From Hemiscyllium ocellatum (lineage: Eukaryota), in the NCBI RefSeq assembly GCF_020745735.1, contig NC_083409.1:9351534-9415533 (forward strand): a stretch of 64,000 bases of DNA, read 5' to 3'. The translations under genes were made by a program, and so were the position numbers. Within the stretch, counting starts at the first letter, position 1. Every line of letters begins with the position of its first letter. Shown here piece by piece: positions 50,501-63,700 of this stretch. Under the pieces are notes generated by a model, which ran no database searches, was not told the origin of the DNA, and worked only from the letters and a program-made list of their open reading frames with translations.

Positions 50501-51876
50501 CTGTTAATCCAGAGATCCAGATAATGTTCTGGGGACCAGGGTTAGAATCCAGCAGATGGTGGCATTCAAATTCAATCAAAAAAAATCTGGAATTAAGTCT
50601 AATGACGACCATGAAACCATCTTTGATTGTCAGGAAAACGCCATCTGATTCCCTAATGTCCTTTCGGGAAAGAAACTGCCATCCTTACCATGTGACCCCA
50701 GACCCACAGCAATGTGGTTGACTCTAAACTGCCCTTTGGGTGATTAGCGATGGACAATAAATGCTGCCGATCCAGCAATTGCCCTCATTCCATCAAGGGA
50801 AAATGAAGAACAGTTTATCCCATGTGTCTTCTTACCACCTCACTGACCTGCATTAAACACCATGGCCAAATCTTCCATCTCCACATGACTTGCAGTTTCA
50901 AATTCCTTCATTATCTGAGATACAGATAGAAACATCCAAACTACGAGCAACCGTAGGCCATTTGGCCCCCGAGCCTGCTCCACCATTCATTATGATCATG
51001 GCTGATTATCCAACACAGTCCCCTGTTCCTGCTTTCTCCCCACATTCTTTGATCCCTTTCATCCGAAGAACTACATCTAATTCCTTATTGAACACATACC
51101 GCATCTAATTCCCTCATGCTGGTAAAATGGATGAGAATTATTGGGTTGTTGTTTTTTGACCAGTATGGACACAATGGGCTGATGGGCCTTTTGGGTCTCT
51201 CTGACTCGATGATTCTATTATTATACTTTAAGAATAACTGAGTACCAAGGACTGACCACTGTGTAACTACCTGTCATTCAGAAAAAGACTCATTCTTTCT
51301 GTCCTGTCTGCCAACCAGTTCCCAATCCATGTCAGTATGTGAACCCCAATCCTCTTGTTCATTTGGTCTAGATCTGGAAGCCACACCCTTACTAATTGTG
51401 GGACCAGATTCTGAACAGTCTGTCTCATCCTTCGAGGGCTCCTACTGCCCTGACACTGATTTCCCATCATGCCATTGGTTCCGATCCACTTTTACCAAAG
51501 CACCACACAGTTTAGTAAAATGAAAACTTTTACACTTGCTCCATGGTTCTCCATTTCCATCCCTACTCTCAATCTCACTGAGTTCTGATCACTGTCACGA
51601 AAATGCTCCCCCATTGACAGCCCTTCCAGCTGCCCAGAAACTGTCCCTTCTCTCTATGCTACTTCACCATCACCTTCTCAGGGGCAATTAGGGATGGGTA
51701 ATAAATGTTGGCCCTGCCAGTGACACCCACATCCCAAGAAGCAATGTGAACAATGCTTGGTCATTTGTTGGGTTTATTCTGTATTGACGACAAATGTTCA
51801 AAAAGATTGTATGGCCAGATTATGGTTGAATTCCCTTCCAGTGGCAGGAATTAAAATTGTTTCTCTTGTCTTTCAG

Positions 51877-52205
51877 GCCGTGAGAACTCTCAGCCCAAGC
51901 TGACCTTGCTGCCCCCCTCCCCGGAGCAGGTCAATGCCAAGGGCACTGCCACCCTGGTGTGCCTTGCCAATCACTTCTATCCCGATGAGCTGGAGGTGCA
52001 GTGGAAGAAGGACGGTGCAGTCATTTCGGACGGGGTTCAGACCAGCAACTACCTGCGAGCTTCAGACAGCACCTACAGTGTCAGCAGCCTGCTGACCCTC
52101 TCTGGGTCTGACTGGGAGTCCGACGCTCGCTTCTCCTGTGCCCTCACCCACGTGACCCTCCCCTCTCCCCTCAGCAAGAGCATCAGGAGATCAGAATGTG
52201 TGTAG
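51877..52205 (+). CDS. IGKC: Ig kappa-type constant exon (RENSQPKLTLLPPS...ATLVCLANHFYP...VQW...FSCALTH...RSECV*)
   Basis: tttctcttgtctttcAG acceptor ending 51876; intact C1-set domain with both Cys and the Trp, penultimate Cys for the H-L bond; in frame with J; resembles shark type III/NS4 C as I recall it. Confidence 0.96.
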
Positions 52206-52701
52206 AGTGTTGGAGACAGTCCACAGAGGAGACACAACTTTAAACAGAACAGGGCTGAGCTGGCAGGACAAAGGTCATTGTCAGCACTGAATTTCAACTC
52301 TCTTCCTTCTCAGGATTGCTCAGAGAAACTTCTGAGGTTTGGATATTAAAGCAGGTCATCGCGACAGTGTCAAGAGAGCTTTACACTGTGTCAAACCCCA
52401 TGCTGTCCTTGTCCTGGGAATGTTTGATGGGGACAGGATTGCCTTGTTATGTTAGCTGCACAAAACAATGTGAACCTCAGAAGTCTCTGCTTCAGTAAAC
52501 CAGATCTCCTTCCTGCTCAGCTGCCAGTTCCAGTTTAAGGTTTTGTCACTGTTTAAAGGGGCAGGATTCTCGTGTTATTGAGAAAATCTCTCCAAGTGTT
52601 TTCCTCAAGCTCCATTGGGGCTATGAATTTGAGCAGCTTCCTCTGTCTGGGCTGTTAATTGCAGTTGTTTCTTTTTCTGTGAATGTGAATGTGGAAAAGG
52701 G

Positions 52702-52707
52702 AATAAA
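52702..52707 (+). terminator. Likely polyadenylation signal of the light-chain mRNA
   Basis: AATAAA ~500 nt after the C stop, followed by a GT/T-rich tract (tctctgtctccgtgtgcttt); ATTAAA at 52345-52350 is an alternative. Confidence 0.55.
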
Positions 52708-53062
52708 GGTGAAAATTCAGTCTCTGTCTCCGTGTGCTTTGGAAATAACTGACTTTCTCCTCCCCCATCTTTCAGTTGATTGGCTGTATTTCAGCAGGTC
52801 ATTGTCACAATTGGTTACTTGGCCTGTCAATCAATTACAATCATCAATCATCAATCATTTTCAAATGATCCCTTTAATCAGGAATTTATGTAGATTCCAA
52901 AAAGAACAGAAACTGAAAGTTGTTGGGACTCAGTAAGTGCAATCTGATGCATTCCCTCTTCACTCTGTTGGTACATGCCCAGCTGATGGGATCGAACTGT
53001 GCAATCTCTGCTGCATGTCGGATAGCCCCTGAAATAATCTTCGGCCAATCACAGACATTGTT

Positions 53063-53376
53063 GGCTGTGTGCCTCTCTGAGTGTGAGTGTTTAACTCAAT
53101 ACTGCCTGTAGATGTCTCTCTGAGTGTGGCTGTGTTACTCAGAGACACACCACAGACAGTATTCAGAAACACACCCACATTCGGTGAGACACCGATCCGC
53201 AGCATGGAGTGTGAGTGTGTTACTCAGTGCTGCCTGAAGGTGTCTCTCTCAGTGTGTGTGTGTTACTCTGTGCTGCCTGTAGGTGTCTCTCTCAATGTGA
53301 GTGTGTTACTCTGTGCTGCCTGTAGGTGTCTCTCTCAGTGTGAGTGTGTTACTCTGTGCTGCCTGTAGGTGTCTCT
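53063..53376. repeat. 43-bp minisatellite containing one inverted unit
   Basis: TACTC anchor at 53221, 53264, 53307, 53350; unit 53138-53182 is the reverse complement of the repeat. Confidence 0.9.
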
Positions 53377-54212
53377 GAGGTCTGTGTCTCCGAGCGATGG
53401 ATTGAGAATGGGCTTTGTGCTGGGGATTGAAGATTAGGCTTTAATCTTCTCAAATCATGAATGAAAAACAGCTCAGCTGATTCAGTCTGAGATGGCAGCT
53501 CATTCAGATGGCCAAAGTTAAAAAACACACAACACCAGATAATAGTCAACAGGTTTATTTGGAAGTAAAAGCATTCGGAGTGCTGCCCCTTCATTAGGTA
53601 GCTGGAAGGGCAGGATCATTGGGCACAGAATTTATAGCAAATTCAGATAGCAGCTGTAAAAGGTGAATACTGAGAGTGTATTCTCAGGAAGGGAGGGATT
53701 TCAGAGGCAGTGGGCACTGTGCTCCCAAATGTGTTGATCAATTCCGAGGAGATTTTTTGAATCCAGGGCCAGAGGAGTTGTGGCTGCCTGCCCAGCCAAT
53801 GCTGGCTCCCCATAGTCATATTTCAGTGGTTAATTAACCCAAAACTAGGTGCAGCAATATTACCTTCCAGGGAGAGGAGTTGTCTGAGGGAGGGAGGTTG
53901 AATTCTTGCAGCCCCAAGAGAGGTTGTGGTGGATTAATGACAGGTATGACCACCATGAAGGTGCCACCTTCTCTCCCCCTGCTACAGCTGTGATGACCCT
54001 CAGGTTAAAAGTGTGACTGCTCTGGGATAATGACCACATTCCTGGGTGATGGAGGGAAGGCCAACCTCTCCCAAAGGCAGCACAGGCTGGATTGAAGGTG
54101 AAACAAGAGTAAGCAGGGGGAGATTGAGGATGACAGAAGGAGGGGGTTGGTTGGCAGGTTGTTATTCAGAGTCAGGTACCAGAGTTTCAGTCCTTCTGAC
54201 ACTCCTCTTTTT

Positions 54213-54557
54213 TCTTTTTTTCTTCTTTTTTTCTTACTTACACGTGGAGAGTCCTTGACACTGATCCAGCTCCCTCAGAGCCAGCTCTCAGAATGTTCAG
54301 AACCCCTAACATGCCTGTTTTATTTCACCCCCACACTGCCGCCGAATGCAGGGGAGCTTATTTTTTTTCCCCAGCACCCATGGTGTGTGTGTGTGTAGGT
54401 GTGAGACACAGTGAGAGACACAAAGCGCACGAATCTTTATTCAATTTCCACCACCAGGAAGATAGGAAAACATCCGCGTGGCCAGTGACAAGCAGTGCAC
54501 TTCACATCAAAGGGCAATGTTGTGTGATCAAACAGTGAAGGGGAGGGCAGGGATTAA
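54213..54557 (-). mobile_element. 5'-truncated retroelement 3' end with 15-bp target-site duplication
   Basis: GACACTCCTCTTTTT at 54198-54212 and 54558-54572; T-rich left end (A-rich tail on -). Confidence 0.8.
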
Positions 54558-55094
54558 GACACTCCTCTTTTTATCTGCCAGCCAGGACTCCTTGATTGGA
54601 CAAAGTTAACTGTCCCTGTCAGGGAACTCATATTTTATCAAAAAGAATAAATCATTTATTGAACAAGGAGCTCAAGAGCTAAACGACACGAGACAAAATG
54701 AATGGTTTGAAATATTTCATCATGGGCACCACAAATAAGATTTGGGGAAGAATGTTTTCACTCAGCGGGTGGTGGGAATCTGGAATGGCCTGTCATAGAA
54801 TCCCTACTGTGAGGAAACAGGCCATTTTCACCAACACGTCCACACTTATCCTTGGAAGAGTAACCCACCCAAGACCCAATCTCCTATCCCATTACTCTAC
54901 TTTTGCCCTGACTAATGAACCTAACCTACACATTCCTGATCACTATGGGCAACATTAAACAGCCAATTCACCTAACCTGCATGTCTTTAGAATGTGGGAG
55001 GAAACCAGAGCACCCAGAGGAAACCTACGCAGACATTTGGAGAATGTACACACTCCACACAGACATTTGCCTGAGGCTGGAATTGAACCTGGGT

Positions 55095-57830
55095 CAAAAC
55101 ACTCAGACTGGCCTTGACTTCGCTCCAGCTTCTGCCTCCACTTCAGGCCCCTCCCACTCTGCAACCAAGACTCAGACTGCATTTCCCACAGTCACCCTGA
55201 GTCCAACTGCCTACCTGCAGCCAGCCAGCACACTCGCTCTCCCTCCTCACCCATCCACCCCCACAATGCACCCTCTCCCTCCACTTCTCCCTCTTCACCT
55301 CATCCCCACCTTCCCACTCCCCCACCTCACTCCACAGCCCACCTCCGCCCCAATCTCCTTTCTCTCCAACACCCATTCCCCCGTGCTACACCACAACCAA
55401 CCCTCACCCACTGCATGCCATCACACTTCCCCCTCCCCTCTTTCAGCCAACTTGGGCCCCCCTCCAAAACCTCAACCCTGAGCTTTGCCCCATATTTACT
55501 ATACCGCCCTGACCTCAAACTGTCTGAGGCCAAAAGATCCATCCTCAGGAAAGGGCTCACAGTCATTCCCGCCCGACCCCACCTCAACGACACCCACACC
55601 CACCACGATGCGGAGCTCTTCTTCTGCCGCCTCAACCTCCGTGTCTTCTTCTTTAACAAAACTTCCAAACTCCCTCTGAGGAACCTTTCTCCCATCTCTA
55701 ACTTTACTCCTCCATTTGGTCTCCCCCTATTAGCTGTGTACACACTCGAGACCTCTTCATTGCTGACTGTTGATGTGCCATCACCCGCCTCCATTTCTCC
55801 CCTCACCCATTCCAACCACACCCCCTCTGATCAAGCACTCCACTCTCTATGTGCCAACCCCTGTTTCACCAACAAACCTGCTGACAAATGTGGGGTGGTG
55901 TTAGTCTGGAGAACAGACCTAAAAGTCACAGAGGCTGAACCCCAACTCTCAGACACCACGTCCTACCTCCTCCTTGCCCATAACCCCACTGTGACCCATC
56001 AGGCCAAAATCACTCACACTGTCAGTGACCTCATTGCCTCCAGTGATCTCCCCTCCACTGTCTCTCATAGTCCCTCAGCCCTGCATTGCCCAGTTCTCCC
56101 TGGTCCCCAAAATCCACAAGCCCAACTACCCAGTTGACCCATCATCTCAGCATGCCCCTGCCCCACCGAACTCCTCTCATCCTACCTCAACTCTCCTCCT
56201 TGGTTCAGGCACTGCCCACCTACATCTGATACATCAACCATGCCCTGCACCTCTTCAGTAGCCTCCAGTTCCTTAGGCCTAAGTGCTTTATCTCCACGAT
56301 GGATGTGCAGTCCTTATACATGTCCATACCCCACAAGGATGGCCTCCAGGCCCAACACCTTTTCCTTTGCAACGGACCCATCCAGTCCCGGTCCACCAAT
56401 ATATTCCTCCGCCTTGCCAAACTAGTCCAGGGGGTGGCCATGGGCCCCCGTTTGAGCAATGTCGACCAGTCCCTCTTCAGTGACTATACAGGCACTGTGC
56501 CATTACATCAGTGACTATATCGGTGCAGCATCCTGCATCCAGGCTGAACTGGAGTGGTTCACTGACTTTCTTCATAACTTCCACCCTGTCCTCAAAATCA
56601 CCTCATCCATCTCAGACACCTCCCTGCCCTTTCTACACCTCTCCATTTCCAATTCTGGCGATAATCTTCAAACAGGCAATTACTACACACCCACTGACTG
56701 CCATTACTACCTGGGCTACACCTGCTCCCAACCAGTCTCCTGCAGAACTCCATCCCATTCTCCCAATTCCTCTGCCTCCACTCCATCTGCTCGGATGAGG
56801 AGACATTTCGCTGATCACAGATGTCCACCTCTTATGAACAACATGCTTTTCCTCCTTCTGTCATCCTTCTGTCATCCACTGCACTACCTCCATTTCCCGT
56901 TCCATTGCTCTAAACCGACCCCTCTCCAAACACAATGAAGTCAGACTCACCATTGTCCTCAACTATTACCAATCCCTGTACCAATTAACGCATCATCCTT
57001 AAACACTTCCACCAACTCCAACTAGACTAACCACCAAGAACATTTTCCTCTCCCCACCCCTGGCTGCCTTCCACAAGGACTGTTCCCTTTGACAATTCTT
57101 GGTTTGTGGCATCTGCCCACCTACCCTCCCGAACCCCCAGGAACCTTCTTTTGCAACACCAAAAGATGCAAAGCCTGCTGGTACACCAATCCGTCCCCTC
57201 CATCCAGGGCCCCCAAACAGTCCTTCCAGGTGAGACATTGCCTCTCCTCCAAACTAGTTTACTGCATCAGGTGCCCGTGATGTGGTCTTCTCTACATTGG
57301 GAAGACCAAATATAATCTTAGGGAACGTTTCACCGAGCATCTCAGCCAGGCCTGCAAGGGCCGATCAGACCTCTCAGTCACAGTCCATTTCAATTCCCCT
57401 TCCCATTCCCTTTCCGACATGACCATCATCAGCCTCCTCCATTGCCACAATGAACCAAACCACAAATTGGTGGAACAATACTTCATCTTCCATCTGGGCA
57501 GCCTACAGCCCAGATGACTCAACATTAAGTTCTCCAATTTCAAATAACCACTCTTCCCTTCCCCCGATTCCCTTCCCAGCCCCTCTCCCTCCCTTCCACT
57601 CCTGCCTGCCACCTACCGGATTCATTCCTCCCATTGACCAACCAAGTTGTACCATCTACCTGTCTTCACCTATCCTCACTTAATCATCCTGTCCCCACTA
57701 CCCCCTTTATCTGCTTCCTCTACACCTAACCCCATTCCTGAAGAAGGATTACACCCAAAACATCAACTTCTCCACCACCTGATGCTGCCTGCCTTGCTGT
57801 GTTCTTCCAGCCTCCTGCCTGTCACTGAAT
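55095..57830 (+). mobile_element. Decayed Penelope-like element (RT + GIY-YIG endonuclease)
   Basis: ILRKGLTVIP...DAELFF.RL, KPADK, MDVQSLY.SIP, QGVAMG, YISD (YIDD), VYCIRC...LYIGKT (57250-57310), terminal tail with degenerate hammerhead core at 57738. Confidence 0.88.
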
Positions 57831-58446
57831 GGAACCAGAAAAGGGTTAGACAATCAAGTATCAGGGCCATCAACAAATGGGAATGGGACATGCTACAGAC
57901 AGATGCATTGAGACAGTCAATCACAAAGAGAAGACCAAACTGGAAATGAAACACTAATACACAGTGGATGGAATTTAATGTCAAAAAGTGTGAGACCATA
58001 CAGTTGGGTCAGAATAATCTAAAGGCCGACTATTATTTAAGTAGTGAGAGATTCCAACAAAGTGCAGTACAGAGTGATCAGGGTAGTATTGTGCATGAAA
58101 CACAGACAGTTAGTGCAGGAGCAGCAAGTAATCGAGAAGGCGAATGGAATTTTCACCTTTATTGCTGGGGGTTGGAATTTAAAAGTAGAGAAATCTTGTT
58201 AAAACTATCGAGGGTGTTAGTGAGCCTGCATTTGGAGTATTTGTCCCTGTATTTAAGAAAGGATGGACAGCTATTGGAGGCTTCCTCCTGCTCCTATTTC
58301 CCATGTCCTTGTGTGCTCCAGTGTCCTTCCCTCACAGCAGAGCTGGTTGGAGCCTGCCTGCAGTAGCAGCCTCCAGTCTCTGGGTGGTGCTGTGAAAAGA
58401 TCTGCCTTGCCCAGGCTGTCACAGTTCCCACATCAAAACAATGTCT

Positions 58447-58474
58447 GGTTTTTGGAAGTATTCCATTGACTGTG
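58447..58474 (-). other. Orphan near-consensus 12-RSS
   Basis: Minus strand CACAGTC-AATGGAATACTT-CCAAAAACC; one mismatch each in heptamer and nonamer; exact 12-nt spacer. Confidence 0.55.
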
Positions 58475-60727
58475 AAACATTTCCAAACATCCTAAGTTCA
58501 AGAAACGTATAGCATAAATATAATTCTGTCTCCTTTTATATTTTATCTCCATGTCTCCCAGCTGTCGCCTGACAACATCACACACTTGCGCTAAATCTAG
58601 AATGAATCATGAATCTCTGGGAGAACTTAATCTATGACAACACTGGGATTAATAACCACCTCCTCAGTGGGCTTTGAGGGTGAAGGTCAACAGCAGTCTC
58701 ACTGGGACTTGATCTGGGTTATCTTGATCGTGATCCAGTCAGTCAGTGTTTTTGTCTGGGTCCAGATAGTACAGACCAACCTCGGACCCTGTGATCTGAT
58801 TGAAGTGAAGGGTTAGCTGTGCTGGGCTTTCACACATGGCTCACACACATAGTGAAGCAGGGATTACACATTTCATGAGAGTAAATGGAACTAACAAACT
58901 GGTTGGTTGTGACATCCCCAACCTGTCCCCAAGAGAGTGGGGACAGGAACAGTAGTATTCTCAGACAGAAAGGGTGGTAAAAATTATATCCTGCAAGGAG
59001 AGCGGAGACAGGAAAAGCGACGCTCCGCAGAGACAGGCGAACAGTAACTGTCTGCTCCCCACTTTCTTGTTGTGACATATGCCCTTGGGAAATGGGTTTG
59101 GTTTTTATTTTCTCAATTGTATTTAGGTTTGCCGAGGTGATTCGGGAACAAGGATTCCAATTCAATATTTTGTGTAGCAGCAGATCTACTGAAGGTCATG
59201 GTTTCATTTGGAGTTTGCCCAGGATTCTGTCCAGGCTGATACAGCATGATTTACCAGTGTTGCTCCTATTGGGCTAAACCATCACACACGAGGGAATCTG
59301 ACAGGCACTTTCTCTTTGTGCTGGCAAATGAGAGATTTGCTTTTACTGCAATGGTGGCCAAAGAAATGAGTCAGTGGAGGTAGTTCCACAATGTTCTGAT
59401 GTTCATGATGGGATTAACCTCGACAGTTCCCACTTGCTTTAAACACCGACAGTGGAACAGGAAGTCACCACGCAGTGGTCTCCTGGCTCACACTGAGAAA
59501 CCAAATTGATGGTATAACTGCAGAGAGCAAGACAATGGCTTGGACTCACCGAACAACCAGAGGCTTCAGCCAACAATTGGATCAAAGGCAAATGGAGTGT
59601 TGTATAAACTCTCAGTATCTCGGGAACAAACACAACTGCTGAGCTACAAAACCGAACAGAATATTTTTACAACAAATTGTCATTCCAAAAGTAAAATACA
59701 AACACAATATGCATAAAACCTGAGTACAATCTAATTTCAGAGACTACAGCATTTTCTTTGAAAGTTGGATGATAATGAGATGAGAATTCAAACAGCCACC
59801 CATTCCGTCACACAGTGTTGAAGTTGCACTGTCGTCATCATTACACGTTTGCAAGCTTCTTAATACATGAAAGGGGAGAGAACCATTGCAAACTGTATTA
59901 CCACGAGTCGGGATCCATTAAAAACTAAGACCATGATATTAAATGCTCCCAGCCAGATGCAACACTGACGCATTCACATCATTGGAATGTTAAATGATGT
60001 TAAAAAGTCTGCCAACCACTTTCATGAAGACAGAGTATTTAAATCTCAAGAGGCATTGATGATTTTTTTTCAGTTCTATAGCAAGGAAGCAGCAGCTGAC
60101 ATATGAACTCCAACAAACTAATGATAACAGGCACTGAATACAGAGCAGGTTCCTGAGAGAGAAAAAAAACAGCAGAGATCTGTCCAAGCTAGGAATATTT
60201 TAGACCAGACACCTTGTTGCCAGCAAGTTACTGCAACTTGAAAATTCCAGTATGGTTAGAGAGAGAAAAAGGACAATGTGCAGATTGTTGAACAGGCCCC
60301 TACACCTGGGCCTGAGGCAGGAGCCCAAGCTCCAACACACTGGCCTCACTTCACACCAACCTTCACACAGTGCGGGGTCATGAACTCCGGCCATCAATCC
60401 CTCTGGGACCGGGACGGAGTGAGGGAACAGGGGCAATTGTAGAAGAGTCAATAAGGAGTAAAGCAAGATGGAGAGGGTGTTTTGGAAAGGGGTTAGAGGA
60501 GGAAATATACTTTGTGTCACTCAGTACTGACATCATCACAGAATGAACAAAACAGCACACTGTGAAGACAAACAAAAGTCACATCAAATTACTTTTCTTT
60601 ATCACACGGGACATTTTCATTGAGGTGCTTCTGAAGCTGTACACTCTCTCTATGGGTCTCTGCAGATTGAGCCTGTCAGCTCCAAGCAGAGTCCCACTTT
60701 ACGTTTCACTGATCAGGGACAGTGAAG

Positions 60728-60747
60728 CAGCTGCCCTCTAGTGGCGA
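60728..60747 (-). promoter_or_regulatory. CTCF core motif pointing toward the cluster
   Basis: Minus strand CGCCACTAGAGGGCAGC matches CCASYAGRKGGCRS; lies in a small CpG-retaining non-repeat patch. Confidence 0.65.
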
Positions 60748-63700
60748 GAGAGCGCTTGCACGGCTGCTGAGGATTATGGGTAAAGTCCCCTTCCATTCGC
60801 GCCCACACAAACCAGCAGCTACTTCAGCTGCTTTATTGAAAACCACAAGCTTTCAAGGCGCTGTTCTTTCAACGGTGGAACTGGCCACACGATCAAACGA
60901 ATTAGGGGCAGATGAAGGAGATTCATCCTCTTGAGCCTGCTCCCCATGGCTGACCTGATTATTCACATTCTTGCCTTACTCTGATAGATTCTTGAAAGCA
61001 ATGGCTATCTACTTCTTCACTACAAGCATTCAGAGGTTTCATTTCTATGTTTGAAGGAGAGTTCCAAAGATCTATGACCTTATGCAAGAAGAAAAAAAAC
61101 CTGCTTTTCTTGGTCTTAAATGAGGGAACTTATTTTAGTTTTATATTCTCCCTGTAAAGGAAGCATTCTTTTCATATCCACGCCATTGATATGGCATCTG
61201 CTTTTAATCAGCTGCTCTCTTATGAGAACAGCTGCCTATCCTGCCACCTTCAGTAACTGATGCACAATTGCATCCAGGTCATACTGCCCCTCCACCCACC
61301 CATACTTGTACTCTTTAGTTTGTTGGTCTCTCCAAGTTTCCTTCCAAAATGATTGTGACATCTCTTTCCATTAAATTGTTTCTACAGCCATCTGCTCATT
61401 CCATTAACTTACCTACATGTTTTTCGAAGTTCGAAGCTATCTTCTTCAGCAGCTGTAATACATCCAAGTTTCATACCATCAGCAAATTTTGAAATTATGC
61501 CTTGTGCACTCAGGTTAACATTTATTTAACTATTTTAAGTATTTTTAAAAAAAAATTTTACAAACTATTTTAAATCAAACCTAAAATGTATTGCCCATCT
61601 CTAGTTGCTCGGACTGAGTTCTGAGCCAGATCATGGGGCCGTTAAGAATGAATCACGTCACTGTGTGGGACTGGAGTCACAGACCGGGTGATGACTGGGT
61701 TCCCTTGTCCAAACCACATTCATGAACATGACATTGAGTTTCATGGTTTTTTTTTGTTCAGATCCCAGCACCTTCCTTCCCAGATATTACATGGCTCACC
61801 ACCGTCCTCTCGGACAATTAAGGAAAGGGCAACAAATAGCAGCCATTTTTGTGCCCGCCCATCCCAGGAGAAATCAAAATAAATTAGGTACACTTCAAAT
61901 GATCAAACTGGTGAGGCTTGAATTCATCTCTTTGAGAGACTGTAGGCTAGGCTAAAAGTAGGGCCATGACACGGGTGACCCTGGTTTGTCAGACTGAAAG
62001 GTGGAGTGTCCTTCAGATTGACACTGGGATCAGGCACAAAATGAATTACACTCAAAGACCGAACAAACGGCTATCAAACTGCAGAGAACAGTAATTTATC
62101 CAAGGGAACTCAACAGGTATCAGTGGGTGTAAGAGCATTAGGCAGGCAAGTGTCAGATCTTGTTGAATACACCAGAAACACAGTCACTCATTAAGAGAAG
62201 CAGGGAAATGGGAATAATTGAAATCTCTGCTGAGAGATGGAAGGGGTTTTCTCGGTTGTAACGCCTCTGAGAACGATAAAACTTGAAGGGTCGTTTATAT
62301 CATAAACAACATTGCAGCATGGTGAACTGCTGCCTTCCTGAACCCGCTGCAGCCATGTGCTGTAGGTAGACCCAGAATGCCCTGAGGGAGAGAATGCCCT
62401 GATTTTAACCCAGTGACAGTGAAGGAACAGGGATATATTTCTAAGTCAGGTTTGGGGAAAATCTTACAGCTGGCAGTGTTCCCATGTGTGTACTATTTTA
62501 AAAGATGTTAATAACCTGAAAAAGAGGAATAATAAAGGGAAAGTAATGCTAGAAAGCATTCGACTGGATGGTGATGGATTAATTATTGCGGTGACTTTTT
62601 GGGTAGAGTTGGCTGTTCTTGTCCAGCAGCAACATTCTCCATGGTAACGCTTTATTGCATTCCAAAAGAAGACGTTTAAACCTCAAAACTCTGACCTCAC
62701 TCAAAGGCAGTGCTAATTATTGACAGATTTTATGATTTTTTTAAAAGAAGTTTCAGCCTTGGCTAAGTTTATAGAACTCCTTCCATGGAGTCAGAAAGGT
62801 TTGGCTTCAGTTCACTCTAAGGTGGGTCAACAACTATCTCATCCATCAGTGACAGAACTGCTGGGAAGTTCCTTTTGGCTCCTGGGAAGGTCCGCAGTTG
62901 GAAGCGAGCAGAGCAATGCTTGTTGGAGACAAGGCTATCACTGGAGACCTTGGCTTATTATGGAAGCCCAGACTAAATGCAACTAAAGGCAGGTGTGGGT
63001 CATGGGAGAGGTGGCAGTTTAACATGAGGACATCATCTGAAGCTCGGTCCCTTGATTGGACACATTGTGGGAAAGCCAAGCTGATTTAATCCTTGAGCTG
63101 CCATTAAATCAGGATAGATTCAGGAATTTAGGGGTCAATTGGTTCCTCAGTCTAGTTGATATCGTCTGATGGTGGCTGAGAATTCCAGTTCACTACTTCT
63201 GTCCTGATATTCATTGGGAGAAATTTTAGCTGCCATTGGGGATATTGAAATCGGCTACTTGAGTGATTAAATGTGCCTGGAGTCATGTTTCCAACTGTAT
63301 TAAATCTGGGTCAAAGTGTAAACATCAAACCTGATATTTCGTTTGCAAAACTGAGAGAAGATGTGCAGGTTAGGTGGTTGGCTGTGCTAAATTACTCATT
63401 ATGCCCAAGAGATGTGCAGGCTAGCAAATGGAAAATGCAGGGTTACAGGGATAGGGTAGGGGATGTGTGGGTCTGGGTGGAATGGTCTTCAAAGTGTCGA
63501 TGTGTACTTGATTGGCCTCCTTCCACACGGAAAGAATTCCTCGATTCTATAATTGTATGAAGGCTAGAACAGGATCTCGACAGTGGAGGGAGGGTATTCT
63601 GATGTTCAAAAATTCATAAACAAAGAAACACAGTAAATGTAGATTTACCATCAGCGCTGACAAACTAAAAGGCAAAATGACACATTCTCCAGTCATATAC

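Noticed and set aside
23986-53376. Common origin or function for the three 42-45 bp periodicities (9.3/36.7 kb, 24.0 kb, 53.2 kb)
   Set aside because: Units share no sequence similarity; the similar period looks coincidental.
55415-56137. 240-aa ORF and other long track ORFs (3616-4185, 43608-44276, 17371-17901) as host genes
   Set aside because: They are frameshifted pieces of Penelope and CR1 ORFs or their antisense shadows.
58475-58990. A minus-strand V segment attached to the orphan RSS
   Set aside because: No YYC, WYQQ or first Cys in any frame at the right distance.
52384-61665. Other CACTGTG heptamers downstream of C (52384, 60558, 61659) as a 23-RSS KDE
   Set aside because: None has a nonamer-like sequence at 12 or 23 bp.
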